From an uncultured Solirubrobacteraceae bacterium (lineage in GTDB: Bacteria; Actinomycetota; Thermoleophilia; Solirubrobacterales; Solirubrobacteraceae): a stretch of 64,000 nt of DNA. The position numbers and the translations under genes were made by a program. This document shows positions 10,262-18,605 of the stretch, in pieces. Every line of letters starts with the position of its first letter. Position 1 is the stretch's first letter. The stretch spans positions 2,047,531 through 2,111,530 of the forward strand of contig CAWCFO010000002.1 in NCBI GenBank assembly GCA_963794905.1, given 5' to 3'. Under the pieces are notes generated by a model. That model ran no database searches. It was not told the origin of the DNA and worked only from the letters and a program-made list of their open reading frames with translations.

Positions 10262-12132
10262 GCCTTGACCCGATCCAGCTGATGCTCCAGCGCCTGGTCG
10301 AGCACGTCGTGGGCGCGCCGCTGGGAGTACGCGGGGCGCAGCGTGTGATCGCGCCCCGGCAGCAGCTCGAGTTCGAGGTTGGGCCAGCGGTCGTCGAGGC
10401 GGCCCTCGCGCTGGAACTCTTCGTACAGGGGCTCGTTCTCGGAGAACACGAACACGAGCTGCTTGCCCATGCTGCTCAGGCGCTCCAGCGCCAGGTCGAG
10501 CTCGTCGTGCTCGCCATGCGCCCGCCAGCGTGCGATCGCATGGCGCAGCAGCGACCGCGGCGCGTGTCGGATGACTTGGCCGATACGCGAGAAGCGCACG
10601 TCGCCGCGCAGCACCATTCGCCAGGAGGAGGGCCTGAGCAGTCCCCGGCGCACATAACGAACGTTTTCCAGCGCCGCGTCCCAGAACAGAGTGCGCGGGT
10701 TGAGCATGAAAGCGGCCACCACGCGTTCGTCCTCCAGCGCGCCGTGAAACGACCAGTACGCGCCCGAGCACAGGCCCGCGAGCGCGAACTCGCGCGCCGC
10801 GCCGCGACCCTCCAGCGCGTCGATCGCGCTTCGCACCTGAGCGACCAGCTCCGGCACGTAGAGCTCGGCGACGTCGGCGAAACGCGATGCGTCGCCGTCG
10901 GCGTCGCCGAGGCCCTCCAGATCGAGGCGCAGCGAGGGCACTCCGCGAGCCGCCCAGCGTCGCGCCATCTCGACCCACATCCGGTTCGGCCCTATGCGGC
11001 GAATCGCGCCTGCGTTGAGCAGGATCGCGCCGAGCTGTCGGCCGCTTCCCTGCACCGGCTCGGTCAGAACGCCGAACAGGCGTCCGAACGGCTGCTCGAT
11101 GACCAGCGGCGTCTCGCGCACGGCGACGCCCTCGATCGTCAGCTCGGCGGTCGCCGTCGCGTCCGCCACCACCACCGATCGTGACCCGTTGCCCAACGGA
11201 GCCGACAAACGGCGATCCTCCACCCTGATCGGCAAGCTCGGCTCGTGCGGCCGGTGGGACTCGGGCGACTGGCGCGGCTGATCGGACTCATGCGGCTCGT
11301 CGGCGGATGAACGGCCGGTGGGATCGTCGGCGAGCCACGCCTCCACCGCCGCGAACACCTCGTGCGGAGGTTGCGCTTCCTGAGGCTCGGCGATCATCTT
11401 GCCGAAACCCGGGCCGGGTGCGACCTGGACGTCCACGCCGCCGAGCTGCAGGTGCTCGCGCAGGCGCTCGTCTACGCCGATGCCGTCTCGCTCCAGCAGC
11501 ATTGCCCGGCCGAGACCGCCGGCGGCGACGTCCAGCGCTGTCAGATCCAGCAACTCCAGCGCGTGGCTCGTCTCGGCGCTGAGCACGAACCCACCGGCGC
11601 CGACGCTCCCCTCGGGGACCGCCGGAGGCTCGGGCTGACCGCGCTTGGCGAACTTGGAGGTCTCCATGCGCCCGAACGCGCGCAGCTCGCGCACGAAGCT
11701 CCGCCCGCGCGAGGGCGTCGCCCACAGGACGGCCTCGTCGATCCGAGCGCCGTCCGCCGCCGCTGCACCGACCAACAGGCCACCCAGGCCGATGCCGATC
11801 GCGGCCACGCGGTCGCCGCCGTGCGCGCTCAACCACTCGCTCGCGACGATCACCGACGCGATCCAGGCGGCCAGCCGCTCGGGGTCCTCGGGCGATCCCC
11901 CGCTGTCGCCCGTGCTCGGCAGGTCGATGCGCAGCGTCGAGTGGCCTGCCGCGGCAAGCTGTTCGGCCCACTCGCGGCGGCTGCGATACGAGCACACCTC
12001 CTCCCAGCCGAACGGCGGGCAGATCAGGACGGCGGTATCGCGCCGTGGCGAGCTGGGCTCGTGCAGCAAGCCGAACACGGGCTCGTGAAGGCCTTGCAAG
12101 TAGAGCGGTCGGGCTGGCGATGGAGGGCTCAA
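10258..12132 (-). CDS. Tandem alpha/beta-hydrolase-fold protein (two fused domains), possible acyltransferase
   Basis: Domain 1: LICPPFGWEE...LRIDLPSTGDS...GIGLG. Domain 2: RIGPNRMWV...LRLDLEGLGD...GLCSG...DH. Confidence 0.8.
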   Translation of the reverse strand: MSPPSPARPLYLQGLHEPVFGLLHEPSSPRRDTAVLICPPFGWEEVCSYRSRREWAEQLAAAGHSTLRIDLPSTGDSGGSPEDPERLAAWIASVIVASEWLSAHGGDRVAAIGIGLGGLLVGAAAADGARIDEAVLWATPSRGRSFVRELRAFGRMETSKFAKRGQPEPPAVPEGSVGAGGFVLSAETSHALELLDLTALDVAAGGLGRAMLLERDGIGVDERLREHLQLGGVDVQVAPGPGFGKMIAEPQEAQPPHEVFAAVEAWLADDPTGRSSADEPHESDQPRQSPESHRPHEPSLPIRVEDRRLSAPLGNGSRSVVVADATATAELTIEGVAVRETPLVIEQPFGRLFGVLTEPVQGSGRQLGAILLNAGAIRRIGPNRMWVEMARRWAARGVPSLRLDLEGLGDADGDASRFADVAELYVPELVAQVRSAIDALEGRGAAREFALAGLCSGAYWSFHGALEDERVVAAFMLNPRTLFWDAALENVRYVRRGLLRPSSWRMVLRGDVRFSRIGQVIRHAPRSLLRHAIARWRAHGEHDELDLALERLSSMGKQLVFVFSENEPLYEEFQREGRLDDRWPNLELELLPGRDHTLRPAYSQRRAHDVLDQALEHQLDRVKA

Positions 12133-14837
12133 GTGGACCGATCCTCAAGAGATGCGTCGAGCGGCGGAGAAAGGGCTGTATCGGCGCCGGGCCGATCCGG
12201 TTGCTGCGTCGCGGAGACCTTCAGCCGTCCAGCGAGGTTGATTGCGGTCAGCCAGCCACCATCGTAGACGGCGTCGTCGTCGCTCTGAAGCAGGATCGTG
12301 CGGCGTTCGCCGCCGGGCTCGATCGAAAAAGCGTCCTCGGTGGGACGAAAGCCCGGGCAGTGCACGCGCACCCCGTAGGCGAATCGCCGCGAGCGCACCG
12401 ACAGGGCGACGGCGTTGCCGTCCAGCTCGTGCACGCCGACGGTCAGCCCCAGGCTGGCCGCGGACTCCCTCGCCTGGGGACGCCCAGCGGGAAAGCGCGT
12501 GGCTTGCGACAGCAGCCCGTCCGCACGATGCTCGCCGGACTCCGGCGCGCCTTGATCGTGGCTCTCCAGGCTCACCACGATCAGGTCGTGCGCCGGCGGC
12601 CCGAACCGATAGGCCCAAGCCGCGTCGACGAACCGGCCGAGCAGCGACTCGACGTTCCACTGGCGCACGCTGTGCGCCGGCAGCTCGACCAGCTCGCGCG
12701 CATCGTCCACCGGCTGCTCGAAATCGCGGTAAAGCCCCACGCGAAGCCACGCCGTGAGCGCCACCGGCAGATCGTTTGCGACGTGCGCGACGACCCCGCC
12801 GAGGCCCTCGTCGCTCGTCCAGACCGCGACCGGCGCGAGCGCGCGGCGCAGGTGATGGTAGGCGACCTTCGGCTCACCGCGGTCGTCCACGACGCCCCAA
12901 CCGGCGCCCGGCGCGAGGTCGCGCAGCCAGAGCACGAGCGCGCCGGTGCACGGGGAGGCGTCACGGCGCCACTCGCCAAAGGTCTCCGCCATGACCTCCC
13001 CTGTCAGCGCGCGCGAGAGCTCCAGGTAACGCTCGTGGTCGACGCGACGAAGCTCCGCCGGATCGACCGCGAACAGCCGCTGCAGGTAGTAGTCGCGGAC
13101 GTCTTCGAAATCCCAGCCGCTCCCGGCGTCGCGCGGCACGCCGGCCTTCCAGCGAGGGTGGTGCACGACCAGCTCGCCGGCCGCATCGGGCAGCATCTGC
13201 TCGATCGCCGTCTCGTCGGGAACGTTGGAGAAGGCCAGGCACTCGGCCGCGAAGCGGATCTCCGCCCTGCGCGCGTCCTCGAGCGGGCGCCGGTATCCGC
13301 CCACGCCGTAGTAGTTACAAACGCCTTCGTCGGTTCGGAACGGCAGATCGCCGCCGCACGGGGCCGAGGGCACGTAGAGGGCGTCGCTGGCGCTCTCGCG
13401 CACCAGCGACGGCAGCAGCTCGCCAAACAACTCGCCGCGTCCGAGCGACGAATCGAGGCCGAGCATCGCGACCTGCTGCTCGACCTCGCTGTTGCCGCAC
13501 AGGATGGCCACGCTCGGTCGCCCGGCCAGCCGCGACAGGACGGCCCGGGCCTCGCCGGTCACGCTCGCGCGAAACGCCGGGTCGGAGATCGGATAGTCGA
13601 GGTTGGCGAACATGAAGTCCTGCCAGACCAAGATGCCGAGCTCGTCGCACAGGTCATGGAATGCGTCGTCCTCGTAAACGCTCGTCCCGGCGACCCGCAG
13701 GAGGTTCATCCCGGCGTCGCGGGCCTGTTCCAGCGCCGCTCGCTGCGCGCTCGCTGTGGGAGCGAGACCGACGGCGTCGATCGGGGTCCACACGCACCCG
13801 CGTGCGAACACCGGCACTCCGTTGACGCGCAGGTCGACGCCGTCCACCTCCACATCGTGCTCTGCCCCGGCTCCGAACTGGAGCGCGCGAAAGCCAACTC
13901 GCCCGGCCTCGACGGCGACGGTGCTCGTGGCGAGCGAGACGATCAGCCTGGCGGCGTAGAGCGCGGGCTCGCCGTGCGTGTGCGGCCACCACAGCGCGAC
14001 ATCGGGCACGCTCACAGCGCCGCTGGCCTCGACGCCGCCGTCGGTGGGCGCGAGCGCGAGCGCGGCGCGCAGGCTCTCGTCCCCTCTGCACAGCTCGACG
14101 TCGACCGAGACCACGTCTGCGTCGCCGAGCGTGAGCAGCGACGCGCGCACGGCGAGCCGACCCTCGCCGTCCACGACGCTCGCGCGCAGTCTCAGCTGCT
14201 CGACGGCCAGGCGTCGCCGGCGCTCCAGGCGCACGCCTCGCCATGGGCCGACGGCGGCTGGGCCGGGCGCGAAGCCGGGCGCCCTTCCCAGCAGCATCGT
14301 GCGAAAGAAGCGAAGGCCGTTGGCGACCAGGCGCGTGCGCCAGCGCGCGCGAGGACGTCGCCGCGCCCCCAGCATCGGCGCCAGCGCTCGGCAGTGGATC
14401 GCAAGCTCGTTGGAGCCTCTCAGCAGGTCGCCGACGTCGAGCGTGTGCGCGGCGAACATCGATTCGCTGTCGAGCACCCGCTCGCCGTTGAGATAGACGT
14501 GAGCCACCGTCGCGATGCCCTCGAGGCACAGCACGACCTGCTCGTCGACGCCCGCCGCGGTCGCGTCGAAGCTCGTGCGAAACCACCAGTCCTCGACGTC
14601 GAAGTCATAGCTGTCGCCCGGCTGCCACGCTCCCGCGTCGCGCAGCGCCGCGGCCGCCGTCCCCGGCACGCGCGCCGGCCACCAGCTCGCGGAGGTCAGC
14701 TCGTCCGGGTGCGAGAACTGGTCGGGCTGGGTGGATGCGGCCTCCCACCCGTCGCGGAGGGGATGAACGTCGTGATCGTCGACGCGGCCGCGCGTCGTCG
14801 TCACGGACACGCCGGCCGGCTCAGTCGAGAGCGTCAT
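12129..14837 (-). CDS. Glycoside hydrolase family 2 (beta-mannosidase-like), no signal peptide
   Basis: LEGIATVAHVYLNGE, LWWPHTHGEPALY, VNGVPVFARG, GMNLLRV, CDELGILVWQDFMFA, CGNSE. Start at ATG 14837. Confidence 0.88.
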   Translation of the reverse strand: MTLSTEPAGVSVTTTRGRVDDHDVHPLRDGWEAASTQPDQFSHPDELTSASWWPARVPGTAAAALRDAGAWQPGDSYDFDVEDWWFRTSFDATAAGVDEQVVLCLEGIATVAHVYLNGERVLDSESMFAAHTLDVGDLLRGSNELAIHCRALAPMLGARRRPRARWRTRLVANGLRFFRTMLLGRAPGFAPGPAAVGPWRGVRLERRRRLAVEQLRLRASVVDGEGRLAVRASLLTLGDADVVSVDVELCRGDESLRAALALAPTDGGVEASGAVSVPDVALWWPHTHGEPALYAARLIVSLATSTVAVEAGRVGFRALQFGAGAEHDVEVDGVDLRVNGVPVFARGCVWTPIDAVGLAPTASAQRAALEQARDAGMNLLRVAGTSVYEDDAFHDLCDELGILVWQDFMFANLDYPISDPAFRASVTGEARAVLSRLAGRPSVAILCGNSEVEQQVAMLGLDSSLGRGELFGELLPSLVRESASDALYVPSAPCGGDLPFRTDEGVCNYYGVGGYRRPLEDARRAEIRFAAECLAFSNVPDETAIEQMLPDAAGELVVHHPRWKAGVPRDAGSGWDFEDVRDYYLQRLFAVDPAELRRVDHERYLELSRALTGEVMAETFGEWRRDASPCTGALVLWLRDLAPGAGWGVVDDRGEPKVAYHHLRRALAPVAVWTSDEGLGGVVAHVANDLPVALTAWLRVGLYRDFEQPVDDARELVELPAHSVRQWNVESLLGRFVDAAWAYRFGPPAHDLIVVSLESHDQGAPESGEHRADGLLSQATRFPAGRPQARESAASLGLTVGVHELDGNAVALSVRSRRFAYGVRVHCPGFRPTEDAFSIEPGGERRTILLQSDDDAVYDGGWLTAINLAGRLKVSATQQPDRPGADTALSPPLDASLEDRST

Positions 14838-15795
14838 CGAGCCGACCTTGTGCCTCGCCCCACGTCGCCGCGAGCGTCTCGATGGCGGGCTGAGGATCGA
14901 AGTCTCGCCTGCGCGCCAGGCGGAACGACAGCGCCTTGCAGCCCTCCGCCAGCCCGACGAAGGCGTCGCGCGCCGCCGCGCCGGCGCTCGCCAGCAGCCA
15001 GTCCATGTGTGCCGCGGCGGCCTCGAAGGCCGCGCCGGACATGCGCACGGTTGCGAACGCATAGGCGTGGTAGTCGGCCGCGTCACCGTCGAGCAGCCGT
15101 GGCAGGTCGAGCTGCAGCTGCTCGCCGAAGCGCACGAACGGATTCGTCGTCGGCCTGCGCTTGAGATGCCCGCGCAGCAGTTGCGCCGCGGCCTCGCGCA
15201 GCTCACCCGCATCGACGGCTGCCGCCTCGTCGAAGCGCACCAGCTCTGTGTACGGCGGGAGCACGTCGTCGGAGAACGGACGGCCGATGCGAAAGACGCC
15301 GCGGTAGTCCTCGTCGCGCAGCTCGTAGAGCCCGGTTGCATGGAAGTACTGCAGGCGCTCGCCGGCCGGGTCTATGGCCTGTGCCACGATCGAGCTCTTG
15401 ACGTGCTCGGAGCGGTAGCTGGTGGCGACGGTGTCAGGGAGATACCACGAGTCGACCTCGACGGCGATCGTGCGCCCGTGCGCGATCTGCACGGCGATCT
15501 GCTCGGGCAGCGCGCGGTAGGGCTGCATCTCGTGGATGTCCAGCCCGTGCAGCAGCAGCAGATCCTCGGGCGCCGGCTTGAAGAACGTCCACTGGTCGCC
15601 CTCGAAGTCCATCGCCACGGTGCCGCCCATCGCAGCCAAGGGCTCCTCGCCGCGCGCGTGCAGAAGCTCGATGAGAATGTCGGTGTAGCAGTTGATCTCC
15701 CGATAGATCCGCTGTGGCCCGTGCAGCATGTGCGATTGGTAGGTGTGCGGGTCCAGCTCGGACAGGCTCACCAGCTCTGTCGCCGTCGCCTTCAT
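14821..15795 (-). CDS. DUF1839 family protein
   Basis: EINCYTDILIELLH, DFEGDQWTFFKP, EVDSWYLPDT...YRSEHVK, LPPYTE; usual neighbour of aa:CP ligases. Start at ATG 15795. Confidence 0.8.
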   Translation of the reverse strand: MKATATELVSLSELDPHTYQSHMLHGPQRIYREINCYTDILIELLHARGEEPLAAMGGTVAMDFEGDQWTFFKPAPEDLLLLHGLDIHEMQPYRALPEQIAVQIAHGRTIAVEVDSWYLPDTVATSYRSEHVKSSIVAQAIDPAGERLQYFHATGLYELRDEDYRGVFRIGRPFSDDVLPPYTELVRFDEAAAVDAGELREAAAQLLRGHLKRRPTTNPFVRFGEQLQLDLPRLLDGDAADYHAYAFATVRMSGAAFEAAAAHMDWLLASAGAAARDAFVGLAEGCKALSFRLARRRDFDPQPAIETLAATWGEAQGRLDDALD

Positions 15796-16721
15796 GGCGT
15801 CCCCAGGGTCGCTCGCACGTGCGCCGGCCACGCGCCGAGCTCGAGCCCGTGCACGCGAAACAGGGCCAGCGAGATCCGCTCGAGGCCGAACCCGAGGCAG
15901 GCGGTGTGGGCGCCCCCGTCGCCGGCCTGGATTCCGTAGGCGCCGGAAAAATGGTCCTGGTGGTAGTTGAACGAGGCCACCGCTGTCGGCTCGGGGCCGG
16001 CGATCTGCACGGTGACCTCGAACTTGAGCTCCTGCTCGCGCTGGCTCGCCGCGAGCATCCTCCCGCTGCGTCCGAAGAACGGATCGGTGGCAACCTCCAG
16101 CCGGGCGTCCAGCCCCAGCTCGCCAAGCAGTCCGACCGCGCGGTCGCGCCACTGTTCGCGCCACGCGGCGACCGCGTCCGGCTCGCCGATGCGGACGATC
16201 TCGCGCTGGTGGAAGATCTGCATCCGCGCGGGGTCGCCGGACGGCTCGTGACGAAAGACGTAGGCGCCGCCCGCGTCGATGGTGACGCCGTCACCGGTCA
16301 GCGGACCGCGCGCGGCGACCGCCGGATAGACGGGGTAGCAGGCCGCCGGGGTGAGGACGAGGTCGGTCATCTCCTGATGCTCACTCCAGTCCTCGTGGCG
16401 GCTCGCGCGCTCGTACTGCTCGGCTGCCTGAGCCTCGTTCCCGGCGAAGGCGAAGATGCTGCCGGCGAGGTGGGGGAAGGACTTCAGGTAGCCGACCGTC
16501 TCGAGATCGCGGCGAGGCAGGATCGGCGGGAAGCGCATGCGCTCGGGATGCTCGGGCGCGACCGCGCGGGTGACGAGCTGCGCGACCCCTTCGCGCACGT
16601 CCTCGAAGTCGCCGTTGCGGCCGTAGAGGCCGGGCACGCCGGTGTCCAGAAGCAGGCCGCGGTCCAGCAGCTCAGCGAGAAATGCCGCCTGGTCGGCGCT
16701 GCCGGGGCGAAGCTCTGCCAT
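15792..16721 (-). CDS. Amino acid--[acyl-carrier-protein] ligase (class II aaRS/SerRS-like, no tRNA-binding domain)
   Basis: GYLKSFPHLAG, LTPAACYPVYP, motif 2 FRHEPS..PARMQIFHQRE, SFNYHQDHF, motif 3 HTACLGFGLERI; about 309 aa. Confidence 0.92.
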   Translation of the reverse strand: MAELRPGSADQAAFLAELLDRGLLLDTGVPGLYGRNGDFEDVREGVAQLVTRAVAPEHPERMRFPPILPRRDLETVGYLKSFPHLAGSIFAFAGNEAQAAEQYERASRHEDWSEHQEMTDLVLTPAACYPVYPAVAARGPLTGDGVTIDAGGAYVFRHEPSGDPARMQIFHQREIVRIGEPDAVAAWREQWRDRAVGLLGELGLDARLEVATDPFFGRSGRMLAASQREQELKFEVTVQIAGPEPTAVASFNYHQDHFSGAYGIQAGDGGAHTACLGFGLERISLALFRVHGLELGAWPAHVRATLGTP

Positions 16722-17896
16722 CAGACGTCCTTTGCGATCAGCAGCAGGCTCGCGTTCGTCTGGTGGATGCGCTCGTTCGCGACCATCAAGCTCGCGGACA
16801 TAGTGTCGCGAAGGTGGCGACCGACGCTGAACGGCGTGTCGTTCTTGAAGCCCATGATCCCGCATACGCCCATCGCGCCCTGGCAGACGCGCGGCGCCTG
16901 TTCGGAGGCCGCGATCTTCAGGTTGTTGAAGCGCAGCGCGGCCGCCATCGTCGACAGGTGCTCGCGGTCCTGCTCGTCTGAGCCGTCGACGAACGCGACC
17001 AGGGCCGAGTCCACCTCGGCGCGCAGCAGCGACAGCTCGCTCATCAGGTGCGAGAGGCGCAAGGCGGTCGGCGGCGGCTGTCCCGGCTTCTGCTTGGCGG
17101 CGGCGCGCACGAACGCTCGTGCCCGCTCGAAGGCGTCGCTGGCGATCCCCAGCCACAGGTGCGACCAGAAGATGTGCGAGACCGGGACCATCGACTCGAC
17201 CGAGACACGCGAGAACGGCGCGGGCAGCACCTGCTCAGGCATGAACTCGGCGCGCACGACGTAACCCGGCGAGCACGTGCCGCGCATTCCCAGCGGGTCC
17301 CACGTGCCCTTCTGCTCCAGCTCGATCTGGTTCTTGCGGCAGAGCGCGACCACCTGGTCGCCGGGCTCAGAGTCGGGCGCACGACGCAGGGTCGTCAGCA
17401 GGTCGTCGGCGTAGGCGCCGTAGCTGACGGTGGGCGCCTGCTTCTCGAACGTGCAGCCGCCGTCGGGCGCGGGCGTGACGGCGGCGATCGATCGCCCCAT
17501 GTCGCCGCCGGTGCCGACCTCGGAGGTGACCGATGCGATCAGTCGCTGTTCCTCGACGAGGTCTCGCAGATAGGCCGTGAACCAGTCGGCGCCGTCCAGA
17601 TGACGCACGATCGTGACGACCTGGATCTGGTGCATCGCGAAGACCATCGCGCTCGCGCCACACCGGCGCCCCAGCTCCAGGCACGCGCGGGCGATCGTTG
17701 CGAACGAGACGCCGCCACCGCCGAGCTCGACGGGAACGTAGGCCGATAGTGCGCGCTCCTCGCGCAGCGCCTGCAGAGTCTCGGCGGGGAAGCGCGCCGC
17801 CCGGTCGACGTCGTCGGCGTTCGCCGCGGCGACCTCGTCCGCGATGCGGCGCACGGCCGACAGAAAGGCTTGATCGCGATCGACGGCGACGCTCAT
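16721..17896 (-). CDS. Acyl-CoA/acyl-ACP dehydrogenase family protein
   Basis: VDRAARFPAE, VPVELGGGG, SAMVFAMH, WDPLGMRGTCS, RHLRD. Confidence 0.9.
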   Translation of the reverse strand: MSVAVDRDQAFLSAVRRIADEVAAANADDVDRAARFPAETLQALREERALSAYVPVELGGGGVSFATIARACLELGRRCGASAMVFAMHQIQVVTIVRHLDGADWFTAYLRDLVEEQRLIASVTSEVGTGGDMGRSIAAVTPAPDGGCTFEKQAPTVSYGAYADDLLTTLRRAPDSEPGDQVVALCRKNQIELEQKGTWDPLGMRGTCSPGYVVRAEFMPEQVLPAPFSRVSVESMVPVSHIFWSHLWLGIASDAFERARAFVRAAAKQKPGQPPPTALRLSHLMSELSLLRAEVDSALVAFVDGSDEQDREHLSTMAAALRFNNLKIAASEQAPRVCQGAMGVCGIMGFKNDTPFSVGRHLRDTMSASLMVANERIHQTNASLLLIAKDV

Positions 17897-18141
17897 GCGG
17901 CGGCGCTCATGCGCAGCTCGCCGACGGCGGCGGCGATCGACTTGATGCTCTCGAACACGCTGCGCTTCAACATCCGGTCGGGAAACTCGACGTCGAAGCG
18001 GTCCTCGAGCGCCAGCATCACGTTCACGCTGGCGTGTGAGGTCATGCCGGCCTGGTACAGGTCTGCCTCGTCGGAAAGCTCGTCGACATCCACCGGAAGG
18101 CGGGCGTGGTCTCTGATGACACGGCGGATCTCATCGCTCAT
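17893..18141 (-). CDS. Acyl/aminoacyl carrier protein
   Basis: 82-aa acidic protein, DLYQAGMTSHASVNVMLALEDRFDVEFPD; putative Ppant Ser in GMTS. Confidence 0.9.
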   Translation of the reverse strand: MSDEIRRVIRDHARLPVDVDELSDEADLYQAGMTSHASVNVMLALEDRFDVEFPDRMLKRSVFESIKSIAAAVGELRMSAAA

Positions 18142-18172
18142 AACGCTCTCATCGGATCATTAGCCAGATTTC

Positions 18173-18547
18173 TCAAGCGCAAACTGCGATCACCACGGCA
18201 GATGCAAAACCCTGCTCGTGTGTGATGCTCAGCGCCAGCTGGTCGATGCCGATCTCCGCGGCGAGCCTGGCCGCGTCGCCGCTCAGCCCGAGCTCCACCC
18301 ATCCGCCCGGCTGGCGCTGCACCTCGATCGCGGACAGCGCCACTCCCACCTCACCGGGCCTGAGCACCTTCAGCGTGGCCTCCTTGGCGGCGAAACGAGC
18401 CGCAAGGCGCTCGGGATCGATCCCGTCTGCGCCGCTGCACTCCCGACGCTCGCGCTCGCTGTAGACCCGTCGCAGGTAATGCTCGCCGTGCTCGTCGACC
18501 GATTCGCGCACCGACGCGACCGACACCAGATCGACTCCTACGCGCAT
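18173..18547 (-). CDS. acpS: Holo-ACP synthase (AcpS-type phosphopantetheinyl transferase)
   Basis: MRVGVDLV, LAARFAAKEATLK, LSITHE; start at ATG 18547. Confidence 0.92.
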   Translation of the reverse strand: MRVGVDLVSVASVRESVDEHGEHYLRRVYSERERRECSGADGIDPERLAARFAAKEATLKVLRPGEVGVALSAIEVQRQPGGWVELGLSGDAARLAAEIGIDQLALSITHEQGFASAVVIAVCA

Positions 18548-18605
18548 GGGCACCGTGTGAATCCTCCCATAAGCGCAGGCGCGTGGTGCCCCGCGAGTTA
18601 GCATT

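Noticed and set aside
12045-15164. 1039-aa plus-strand ORF, and similar long shadow ORFs (24183-26012, 38804-40939, 47154-49430, 62052-63950)
   Set aside because: They are antisense to well-supported genes, low-complexity (Arg/Ala/Gly/Pro-rich) and motif-free, as expected in high-GC DNA.
15792-16721. Housekeeping seryl-tRNA synthetase linked to the tRNA-Ser
   Set aside because: Too short, lacks the tRNA-binding domain and sits beside an ACP. The tRNA 20 kb away is probably coincidental.
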